From: Streptosporangiaceae bacterium
GTDB taxonomy: Bacteria; Actinomycetota; Actinomycetes; Streptosporangiales; Streptosporangiaceae
DNA: 64,000 bases
Assembly: GCA_050013415.1 (NCBI GenBank)
Contig: JBEKFH010000001.1
Coordinates: 5,936 to 69,935, forward strand
Direction of reading: 5' to 3'
Shown: positions 34,315 through 41,954 of the stretch, in pieces
Numbering within the stretch: position 1 is the stretch's first letter
Layout: each line of letters starts with the position of its first letter
The notes under the pieces: generated by a model
What the model was told of the DNA's origin: nothing
What the model saw: only the letters and a program-made list of their open reading frames with translations
The model's database searches: none
Program-made: the position numbers and the translations under genes

Positions 34315-35970
34315 ATGACCCACCAGCCTTGCGGGAGCGCGCCGATGGACGATGACGTGTCCCGCCTGCTGTGCGGCACGCCCCAGCTCGCGCCCCGCAG
34401 CGTGGCGCTGACCTTCGACGACGGCCCCGGCCCCCGGTCTGCCGAGCTGTCCCAGCTACTGCGCGACGAGGGCGTGCCCGGGACGTTCTTCGTGCTGGGC
34501 GAGAGCCTTGCACGGCATGGCGACGTGCTGGACAGCTACCGGGACTGCGGGCACGCGATCGGGCTGCACGGCGACCGGCATCGCCCGTTCAGGTCGGCCG
34601 GGCACGCGGCCGGCGAGCTCAGCCGGTGCGCGGAGCGGCTCAGCGGCTACCTGGGCGCCGCGGCGTGGTTCCGACCGCCGTACGGCATGGGCGACTGGCC
34701 GGTTCCCGGCTTCGCCGGCCCGGTCGGCTGGCATGCGCACGGACGGGACTGGGATATCACCTACCGCCGCGGGCATACGGTGCACGCCTGCGTGGATGCC
34801 ATCGCGCAGCGGCTCATCCAGCGCGACGGCGGCATCGTGCTGCTGCACGATTTCGCGCCGGCCTCGGAGTTCACCCCGGCCGGGCTGACCGAGGCAGATC
34901 TGGACCTGCGGATCCTCGAGATCACGGCGTTGCTGATCGAGCGGCTGCGCGGCGCGGGATTCTCCTTCACCGGGCTGCCGGAGCCCGCGCAGGCTGCCGA
35001 GCCGGAGCCGCCAGCGCGGGTCACCACGCCAGCGCGGGTCACCGCCCCCGCGGGGATGAGCACGCCAGCGGGGATGAGCACGCCAGCGGGCATGCCCGCG
35101 GCCGAGGACCTGCAGTCCCTGAGGCTGCACCGCGCGACGGCCAGGGCCGCGGGCGGCATCCTCGACCTGGTCGTGCCGATGCGAGTCGGCGACGGCCCGG
35201 CGCTTTTCTGCGCGCATCCGGTGGTGGGCCTGAGCTGGTGCTATCTGGCCCTGCTCCCGCACGTCGATGCCAGCTACCCGCTGTATGGCCTGCAGGCCCG
35301 CGGCCTGCGACGGCCCGAGCCGCTGCCATCGAGCATGCAGGAGATGGCGCGGGACTACGCCGACCAGATCCGGATGACGCAGCCGTCCGGTCCCTACCAC
35401 CTGCTCGGCTGGTCCCTGGGCGGGAACGTCGCCTTCGCGATCGCGGAGGAACTCGAACGCCGCGGCGAGCAGGTCGGGCTGCTCGTCATCCTGGACTCAC
35501 GCCTGGACGACCCCGAGACGATGGCGCTGAGCAACGAGCCGTGGATGGTCTACAACCTCATCCTGGCGCAGTTCGGGTACGTGCCCGCACTGACCCCGGC
35601 CGAGCAGGCGCCCGAGGCCCGGATGCTGGAACTGGTGCGCCGCCGGCCGGGCCTGGGGCTTGACGAATGGCCGGACCAGCGGGTGCGCGCGCTGCAGCGC
35701 GTGATCAAGAACAACGTGGCGGTGGCGCAAGCCCACCAGCCCGGCCGCGTGCACTGCCGCCTGCTGTTCTTCTCCGCCACCCGCAACCCGCCCGGGCTGG
35801 CCGAGAAGCTAGAAAGCTGGCGGTCGTTCGTGGACGGCCCGATCGAGGCGGTCGAGCTGGACTGCGACCACCGGTACATGCTGCTGCCCGATCCGATCGC
35901 ACGGATCGGGCCCGCGCTCACCGGCCAGCTGGCGCGCGCTGCCGCGGCCAGCGCAGCGGTCACCGGGTAA
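34315..35970 (+). CDS. Fusion protein: NodB-type polysaccharide/carbohydrate deacetylase + thioesterase (alpha/beta hydrolase) domain
   Basis: 551 aa. N-terminal half: LTFDDGP, GLHGDRH and VLLHD. A repeat linker follows (PARVTTPARVTAPAGMSTPAGMSTPAGMP). C-terminal half: LFCAHPVVGLSWCY, GWSLGG (GxSxG) and CDHRYML (His). Confidence 0.8.
   Translation: MTHQPCGSAPMDDDVSRLLCGTPQLAPRSVALTFDDGPGPRSAELSQLLRDEGVPGTFFVLGESLARHGDVLDSYRDCGHAIGLHGDRHRPFRSAGHAAGELSRCAERLSGYLGAAAWFRPPYGMGDWPVPGFAGPVGWHAHGRDWDITYRRGHTVHACVDAIAQRLIQRDGGIVLLHDFAPASEFTPAGLTEADLDLRILEITALLIERLRGAGFSFTGLPEPAQAAEPEPPARVTTPARVTAPAGMSTPAGMSTPAGMPAAEDLQSLRLHRATARAAGGILDLVVPMRVGDGPALFCAHPVVGLSWCYLALLPHVDASYPLYGLQARGLRRPEPLPSSMQEMARDYADQIRMTQPSGPYHLLGWSLGGNVAFAIAEELERRGEQVGLLVILDSRLDDPETMALSNEPWMVYNLILAQFGYVPALTPAEQAPEARMLELVRRRPGLGLDEWPDQRVRALQRVIKNNVAVAQAHQPGRVHCRLLFFSATRNPPGLAEKLESWRSFVDGPIEAVELDCDHRYMLLPDPIARIGPALTGQLARAAAASAAVTG
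35011..35100 (+). repeat. In-frame tandem repeat, 18-bp unit x 5 (diverging), forming the interdomain linker
   Basis: Units at 35011, 35029, 35047, 35065 and 35083. Confidence 0.85.
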
Positions 35971-36000
35971 CCAGGCTGCTCGCGGTCACCGGCCTGCCCG

Positions 36001-36756
36001 TCATGCGATATCCCGGGTGAACAGCCGTGACGACAACCCCACGGCCACCGCGGCCAGCCCGGCCAGGATGACGCCCGCCTCCCAGACGACCTGGGCGCCG
36101 ACGTGGCCCAGGAAGAGCGTCCGCATGCCATTGGCAGCCCAGGCGAACGGGTTCCACAAGGCGACGTCCCGCACCCACAGCGGTGCGACCGAGAGCGGGA
36201 TCAGCACCCCGGCCAGCAGCGAGAGCGGCTGGGCCACTCCGTTGGTCAGGTTGGCGAGCGCGTTCTCGTTGGGCACGAAGATCGCCAGCGCGTACGAGAT
36301 CGAGACGCCCAGCAGGATCATCATCGCCAGCAGGATCAGCGACAGCAGGAAGTTGGCCGGCGCCATCCGCAGACCGAGCACCAGGGCCACCACGGTGATG
36401 ACGACAGCCTGGAAGCCGATCAGCGCGACGTACATGAGCTCCCGGCCGAGCAGCAGGCCGACCCGGCTGAGCGGGGTGACCCGGAACCGGGTGATGACTC
36501 CCTCGCTCATTGCGCCGAGCAGGGTGAATCCGGAGAAAAGGCCGCCGAACAGGCCCATGGAGCAGAACAGCAGAGGCACGTAAATCCGAAAGGCAGCGCC
36601 GTAGCTGGAGACGTGCAGGACGGACTTAAGGAACGGGGTGAAGAAGAGCAGGTAGGTGACAGGCTGCAGCAGGGTGGCCGCGACGCCGACCGGGTTGTGA
36701 ATCAGCTGCCCGGTTTCATACTGAAAGGTCAGCCACGTGTCGCGGGCGAGCTTCAT
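36001..36756 (-). CDS. ABC-2 type transporter permease (copy B of a tandem pair)
   Basis: 251 aa from ATG 36756 (GGAAGGAAAGG upstream), MKLARDTWLTFQYETGQLIHNP. About 75% identical to the upstream copy. Confidence 0.8.
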   Translation of the reverse strand: MKLARDTWLTFQYETGQLIHNPVGVAATLLQPVTYLLFFTPFLKSVLHVSSYGAAFRIYVPLLFCSMGLFGGLFSGFTLLGAMSEGVITRFRVTPLSRVGLLLGRELMYVALIGFQAVVITVVALVLGLRMAPANFLLSLILLAMMILLGVSISYALAIFVPNENALANLTNGVAQPLSLLAGVLIPLSVAPLWVRDVALWNPFAWAANGMRTLFLGHVGAQVVWEAGVILAGLAAVAVGLSSRLFTRDIA

Positions 36757-36838
36757 GGCTGCCTTTCCTTCCTGATGTCTCCCGGACCCCGGTGCGCCGG
36801 CCTTTCCTGTCCCGGGTGCGCCGGACAGCATGCGCGGT

Positions 36839-37594
36839 TCATGCGATCTCGCGGGTGAACAGCCGTGACGACGCCAGGACGGCCACCGCGGCCAGCCCGG
36901 CCAGGATGGCGCCCGACTCCCAGACGACCTGGGCGCCGAGGTGGCCCAGGAAGATCGCCCGCATGCCATTGGCACCCCAGGCGAACGGGTTCCCCAAGGC
37001 GACGTCCCGCACCCACAGCGGTGCGACCGAGAGCGGGATCAGCACCCCGGCCAGCAGCGCGATCGGCTCTGTCACCCCGTTGGTCACGTTGATGAGCACG
37101 TTCACGTTGGGCACGAAGATCGCCAGGACGTAGGAGATCGAGACGCCGATGAGCACCATCATCGACAGCAGGACCAGGGTCAGCAGGATGTTGACCAGCG
37201 GTACCCGCAGCCCGAAGATGAGGGCCACCACGGTGATGACGACCGCCTGGAAGCCGACCAGCGCGACGTACATGAGCTCCCGGCCGAGCAGCAGCCCGAC
37301 GCGGCTGAGCGGGCTGACCCGGAACCGGGCGACGACTCCCTGGCGGATCGCGGCGATCAGCGCGAATCCGGCGAAAAGACCGCTGAACAGGCCCATGGCG
37401 CAGAACAGTGACGGCACGTAGATGCGGTACGCATCGCCATAGCTGGAAGCGTGCATGACCGGCTTGAGGAACGGGGTGAACAGCAGCAGGAAGGTAATGG
37501 GCTGCAGCAGCGAGATCGCGATGCTGACCGGGTTGTGAATCAGCTGCCCGGTTTCATACTGAAAGGTCAGCCAGGTATCGCGGGCGAGCTTCAT
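36839..37594 (-). CDS. ABC-2 type transporter permease (copy A of a tandem pair)
   Basis: 251-aa ORF with the same length and the same first 23 aa as the 36001-36756 product. Confidence 0.8.
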   Translation of the reverse strand: MKLARDTWLTFQYETGQLIHNPVSIAISLLQPITFLLLFTPFLKPVMHASSYGDAYRIYVPSLFCAMGLFSGLFAGFALIAAIRQGVVARFRVSPLSRVGLLLGRELMYVALVGFQAVVITVVALIFGLRVPLVNILLTLVLLSMMVLIGVSISYVLAIFVPNVNVLINVTNGVTEPIALLAGVLIPLSVAPLWVRDVALGNPFAWGANGMRAIFLGHLGAQVVWESGAILAGLAAVAVLASSRLFTREIA

Positions 37595-37645
37595 GCCTGT
37601 TACCTTTCCGCCCTTTCCGGTCGCCGGCCGGTCAGCAGTCGCCGG

Positions 37646-38629
37646 TCAGTCGGCAAGAGTGCGGCCCGTCTTGGCCAGGAACACGTCATCGAGGCTCGGC
37701 CGCCGGAACTCGATCGCCCCGGGCTCGATCCCCTTGCTGCTCAGCGCCCTCATCACCTGCGGGGCGGCCGTGGCGGCGCTGCCGGTGTAGAGGCGCAGGG
37801 TGTGGTCGATGATCTCGCAGGAGTGCACATACGGCTGCTCGGTCAGGATCTTGGACGCCTCGAGCAGGACGGCCTGCTCCGGCGCCCCGGCCGTGTCCGG
37901 GGCGGCCAGATCCACGATGATGACGTCGCCGGAGATCTCCCGCTTGAGATCGGACGGGGTGCCCTCGGCCACGATCAGCCCGGCGTCGATGATCGAGATC
38001 CGGTCACAGAGCGCGTCGGCCTCGTCCAGGTAGTGCGTGGTCAGGAAGATCGTCATGCCGTTGTCCCGGAGCCTGCGCACCTCCTGCCACATGCGGGCCC
38101 GGCTCTGCGGGTCAAGCCCCGCGGTCGGCTCGTCCAGGAAGATGACCTGGGGCGCGTGGATGACGCCGAGCGCGACATCGAGGCGCCGCCGTTGCCCGCC
38201 GGAGTAGGTGCTGATCCGGCGGTCCGCGAACTCGTCGAGCTGGAAGGTCGTGATGGCGTCCGCAGCGAGGCTCTTCGCGGTGGATTTGGGCGAGCCGTAC
38301 ATGCGCGCCTGGTGGACGAGGTCACGCCGGGCGGTGGACTGGCCGTAGGTGCCGCTGGCCTGCGCCACGAAGCCAATGCGCTCGCGCACCTGGGCGGGAC
38401 CGCGCCGGAGGTCGACTCCGGCGATCGTGCCCTCGCCGCCGTCCGGCCGGATGAGCGTGGCCAGCATCCGCAGGGTAGTGGTCTTCCCGGCTCCGTTGGG
38501 ACCGAGGAAGCCGAAGATCTCGCCGCGCTGCACGGCAAAGTCCACGCCGCGAACCGCGTCAACGCTGGTGACCTTGCGTTTGCGCCGGGACTGGTACGAC
38601 TTGCGCAGACCGCTGACCTCTATGATCAT
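37646..38629 (-). CDS. ABC transporter ATP-binding protein
   Basis: Walker A GPNGAGKTT, signature YSGGQRRRLDVA and Walker B VIFLDEPTAGLD. ATG 38629 is preceded by AGGAAG. The track start at 38674 is less likely. Confidence 0.85.
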   Translation of the reverse strand: MIIEVSGLRKSYQSRRKRKVTSVDAVRGVDFAVQRGEIFGFLGPNGAGKTTTLRMLATLIRPDGGEGTIAGVDLRRGPAQVRERIGFVAQASGTYGQSTARRDLVHQARMYGSPKSTAKSLAADAITTFQLDEFADRRISTYSGGQRRRLDVALGVIHAPQVIFLDEPTAGLDPQSRARMWQEVRRLRDNGMTIFLTTHYLDEADALCDRISIIDAGLIVAEGTPSDLKREISGDVIIVDLAAPDTAGAPEQAVLLEASKILTEQPYVHSCEIIDHTLRLYTGSAATAAPQVMRALSSKGIEPGAIEFRRPSLDDVFLAKTGRTLAD

Positions 38630-38776
38630 CGACTCTTCCTGGTGCGCGAGCAGGCCGGGTCCGGCCGAAGGCACGGCTCAAGCCCGCGCCGGGGACGTAA
38701 CGTAGCATTACCAGGCTAATCGGGCCAGCAGGGGTTACACAATGGGCGCCGGAATGGCGCGGCCGCCCGCGCGCTT

Positions 38777-38859
38777 CGCGCCGTGATGGCAGATCCCATT
38801 ACGCGCCGTGGTGGCAGATGCCGTGGTGGCAGATAAGGCTACGCGCCGTGATGGTAGAT
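38777..38859. repeat. Three to four dispersed copies of the last ~18 nt of the VOC gene, downstream of and overlapping its stop
   Basis: cgcgccgtgatggcagat at 38777-38794, cgcgccgtggtggcagat at 38802-38819, gccgtggtggcagat at 38820-38834 and cgcgccgtgatggtagat at 38842-38859. The last copy is the real 3' end, encoding YHHGA-stop on the minus strand. Confidence 0.8.
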
Positions 38860-39618
38860 GCCGAAGACGTTTCCGGCCGGGTCGCGGAACGCGCCGGTCG
38901 CCATGTCATCGACGAGCCCGTAGCGGGCGGCGCGCGCGGCGCTCTTCAGCTCGGGCACCCCTGAACCGGTGATGCGCGATCCGCCGAGCTTCTCGGCGCG
39001 GCGCAGGGTGTGGTCCACGTCGGCCACGCCCGCGTAGACGGTTGCCCAGCGGGCTTCCCCGCCGCCGCCGAGACCGCCCTGGATGCCCCGGCCGGTGCCG
39101 GTGTCCACCACCGCGTAGCCAGCGAGGCCCGAGTCGTCGACCGTCCAGCCGAACAGGTCCGCGTAGAACTGCTGGGTTCGCGCCGCGTCCGACCCCATGA
39201 CCTCAAACCAGTCAACCGGCTCGCCCGCACCAGCCGACGGGGCAGGCTCGGCCCGCCGGGAAGGCCCGGCAGGTGCCCGCACCAGGCCGACCAGCAGGCC
39301 ATCCGGGTCACTGAGCATGGCGATGGTCACCGCCCCGCCCACGTCAGTGACCGGCATGACCGTCGTGCCGCCGAGCGAACTCGCGGCGTCGAGCACCGCC
39401 TGCAGGTCGCCCGTCTCGACGTAGAACGCCGACCACTCCTTGCCGTTCTGGCTCTTGGCGATGCCGCCATTGATGCCGCGGCCGCCGCGGGTGTCAATCA
39501 TCGTGTAACCGCCGCCGGAGAAGCCCTGCAGTCTCCAGCCGAACAGCTCCCCGTAGAACGCCACCAGCGGCCCGTCATCCGCGGCGCCGACCTCGAAATG
39601 CACGACAGCGTTGCCCAT
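38839..39618 (-). CDS. Two-domain VOC (glyoxalase/bleomycin-resistance/dioxygenase superfamily) protein
   Basis: 259 aa with duplicated modules (VVHFEVGA...FYGELFGW and VDWFEVMG...FYADLFGW). AAGGAG lies before the ATG. Confidence 0.75.
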   Translation of the reverse strand: MGNAVVHFEVGAADDGPLVAFYGELFGWRLQGFSGGGYTMIDTRGGRGINGGIAKSQNGKEWSAFYVETGDLQAVLDAASSLGGTTVMPVTDVGGAVTIAMLSDPDGLLVGLVRAPAGPSRRAEPAPSAGAGEPVDWFEVMGSDAARTQQFYADLFGWTVDDSGLAGYAVVDTGTGRGIQGGLGGGGEARWATVYAGVADVDHTLRRAEKLGGSRITGSGVPELKSAARAARYGLVDDMATGAFRDPAGNVFGIYHHGA

Positions 39619-39762
39619 CGGGCGGCTCCTTCGTCGGAAAGTACTCGCGTCACCCTATGATTTCATCCGATCTTGCCTGGTATAGCCATTGTTTGTGCAT
39701 CGCTGTCGTTCTAGCCTGTTCTGGGGTCCTGGAGAGATCAATGGCGGCACGAGCCGCGCGCA

Positions 39763-39798
39763 CCGGCCCGGGCCGGGCCTGACACCGGCCCGGGCCGG
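39763..39798. promoter_or_regulatory. Two copies of a perfect 14-bp palindrome (ccggcccgggccgg), 22 bp centre to centre, just upstream of the NRPS operon
   Basis: Copies at 39763-39776 and 39785-39798, each preceded by ca. The RBS AGGAGG is at 39815-39820 and the GTG at 39828. Confidence 0.4.
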
Positions 39799-39827
39799 CG
39801 CGCGCGGCAAGGGCAGGAGGCAGATCG

Positions 39828-41471
39828 GTGACTGCGAGCAACCTTCGGGCGGTCCTGGCCGCGGACCCCGAACTCGGCGCCGGCAACGTGCTGCTCAGGC
39901 TGGCCGAGCACGGCGCCGACATGGACCTGCCGCGGGTGACCTTCGACACCGAGGTCGACGCGATCGCGGCGTGGACGCCGCTGTCGCTGCGCACGCTGAC
40001 GGAGCGGGTGGCCGCGCGGGCCGAATGGTTCCACCGCCGTGGCATCGGGCGGCGGGACCCGGTCGCGGTCTACGTGACGTCAGCGGCCGACGTCACCCTC
40101 AACTTCCTGGCGCTGACCTGGCTCGGGGCGATACCCGCGCTGATGAACGGGAGCATGCCGCCCGAGATCGCGGTCGAGTACATCAGGCGGCTGCGGGCCG
40201 CCGGGGTGCTCATCGACGCCGCCCACGCCGACATGGCCAGCCTCGACCTCGGGGCGCCGGTCATCGGCGACGCGGCCGAGACCGGCACGGGTGACCCGTC
40301 CGGCGGGCCGGCGCATTTCCGGCACGACCCCGGCGATCCGGTGGTCATCACGCACTCGTCGGGCACGACGCGCATGCCCGCCGCCGTGGTGCATTCCCAC
40401 CACGGCCTGTTCGCCGCCGTGCGGGCGGTCCGGCTGACCGAGCCCCGCCAGCACGGCCCGGTGCGGGAGATGTCCGCGTTCCCGCCGGCCCACACCGCCG
40501 GGATCATCATCCTCAACGAGGCCCTGTGCAACGGGTACGAGCTGCTGTGCCTCTCGGAGCAGGGCGGCGCGTTCGCAGGGAGCGGCGAGGTGATCATCGA
40601 CGCCATCGAGCGCTGGCGCCCGACCGCGGTCTACGGCTTCGCCGTCACCTGGTCCGAGCTGGCCCGCTACGACCTGGCAACCCGTGACGTCAGCTCGGTG
40701 CGATTCTGGTCCAACAGCGGCGACTGCGCGCACGAAGCGCACATCCGCCGCCTGATCGCCGTCGGCAGCCACCACGCGTACGGCAAGGACGGCGTCGTCA
40801 GCCTGCCCGGCTCCCGGTTCAACGACACGCTCGGCTCCACCGAGATGGGCTACGGCGGGTTCATGATGAGCCACCGCCCCGGCAGCGAGCGCTACAACCG
40901 CTGCGTGGGCAAGCCCGTCCCGTTCGCCGAGATCCTCCTGGTGAACCCGCAGACCGGCGAGGAGGTCCCGGCCGGCCAGGTGGGGATGGTCGCCATGAAG
41001 TCGCCGACGCTGGCCCTCGGATACTGGAACGACTCGGTCAGCACCTACCGCACCCGGCTGAACGGCTACTACCTGACCGGCGACCTGATGTACCGCGACG
41101 AGGACGGCTACTTCTACCACCTGGACCGGGTCAGCGACGCGCTCGACCTCGGCGACGGGAACTGGCTCTATACCGCGATGTCCGAGGAGCGCATCCTGCG
41201 CCGGTGCCCGGACGTCCGCGACTGCACCGTGCTGGCGGCCCGCGGGGACGACGGCACGCTCGTCATCGACGTCCTGCTGCTGCTGGCGCCGGACGCCGAT
41301 CCCGCGCTCGACCGCGACAGCGAGGTCCGCGCCGCACTCGGCGAGGTGGCGGCGGCCGTGCCGCGGCGGATCGTGACCGTCCCCGACGACGAGATCGTGG
41401 TGGGACCGACCGGCAAGGTCCGCAAGTTCCTCATGCGCGAACGGCTGCTGGCCGCCGCGGGCGCGTCCTGA
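39828..41471 (+). CDS. Adenylate-forming enzyme (acyl/aryl-CoA ligase-like), first gene of the NRPS operon
   Basis: 547 aa with motifs HSSGTTRMPAAVVHSH, GSTEMG, YYLTGDLMYRDEDGYFYHLDRVSD and PTGKVRKF. A strong RBS is present. Confidence 0.85.
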   Translation: MTASNLRAVLAADPELGAGNVLLRLAEHGADMDLPRVTFDTEVDAIAAWTPLSLRTLTERVAARAEWFHRRGIGRRDPVAVYVTSAADVTLNFLALTWLGAIPALMNGSMPPEIAVEYIRRLRAAGVLIDAAHADMASLDLGAPVIGDAAETGTGDPSGGPAHFRHDPGDPVVITHSSGTTRMPAAVVHSHHGLFAAVRAVRLTEPRQHGPVREMSAFPPAHTAGIIILNEALCNGYELLCLSEQGGAFAGSGEVIIDAIERWRPTAVYGFAVTWSELARYDLATRDVSSVRFWSNSGDCAHEAHIRRLIAVGSHHAYGKDGVVSLPGSRFNDTLGSTEMGYGGFMMSHRPGSERYNRCVGKPVPFAEILLVNPQTGEEVPAGQVGMVAMKSPTLALGYWNDSVSTYRTRLNGYYLTGDLMYRDEDGYFYHLDRVSDALDLGDGNWLYTAMSEERILRRCPDVRDCTVLAARGDDGTLVIDVLLLLAPDADPALDRDSEVRAALGEVAAAVPRRIVTVPDDEIVVGPTGKVRKFLMRERLLAAAGAS

Positions 41472-41617
41472 CGCCGAGCGCCTGGACGCCGAGCGCCCTG
41501 ATGCCGAACGCCTCGATGCCCAACGCCTCGGTGCCGAGCGCCCTGATGCCGAGCGCCCTGATGCCGAGCGCCCTGATGCCGAAATCCTGGATGCCGAACG
41601 CTTCGATGCCGAACGGA
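41468..41617. repeat. Tandem repeat, 15-bp unit x 10 (ctgatgccgagcgcc consensus), filling the gap between the adenylase stop and the mbtH-like start
   Basis: Ten consecutive units from 41468 to 41617. Unit 1 contains the TGA stop (41469-41471), and the ATG of the next gene is at 41625. Confidence 0.95.
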
Positions 41618-41624
41618 GTAGCTG

Positions 41625-41849
41625 ATGGCTGATGCGCAGGAAACCCGGCCGCACGCGGTCGTGATCAATGACGAGGAGCAGTACTCGATCTGGCCAGCGG
41701 AACGGGACCTGCCGGCGGGCTGGCGCCGGGACGGCTTCACCGGTACCGAGGACGAGTGCCTGGCTTACATCGACGAGGTCTGGACCGACATGCGGCCGGC
41801 GTCGCTGCGTCGCTGGATGCGCGACCACGAGCAGGCGGGCGCCGGGTGA
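41625..41849 (+). CDS. MbtH-like protein
   Basis: 74 aa: [47 protein letters not shown] (N.E.QYS.WP...P.GW signature). Confidence 0.9.
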   Translation: MADAQETRPHAVVINDEEQYSIWPAERDLPAGWRRDGFTGTEDECLAYIDEVWTDMRPASLRRWMRDHEQAGAG

Positions 41850-41954
41850 CTCCGCGGCCGGCCGGAGCTGACGGCTTCGCTGCGTCGGGCACCGCAACGG
41901 CAGCAGCCGCATCGCCGGAGCGGAAGCCGCCCGGGGCGGCCTGACCACGGTGCC

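Noticed and set aside
41468-41617. Tandem arrays considered as CRISPR
   Set aside because: The units are contiguous with no unique spacers, are only 15-24 bp long, and no cas genes are present.
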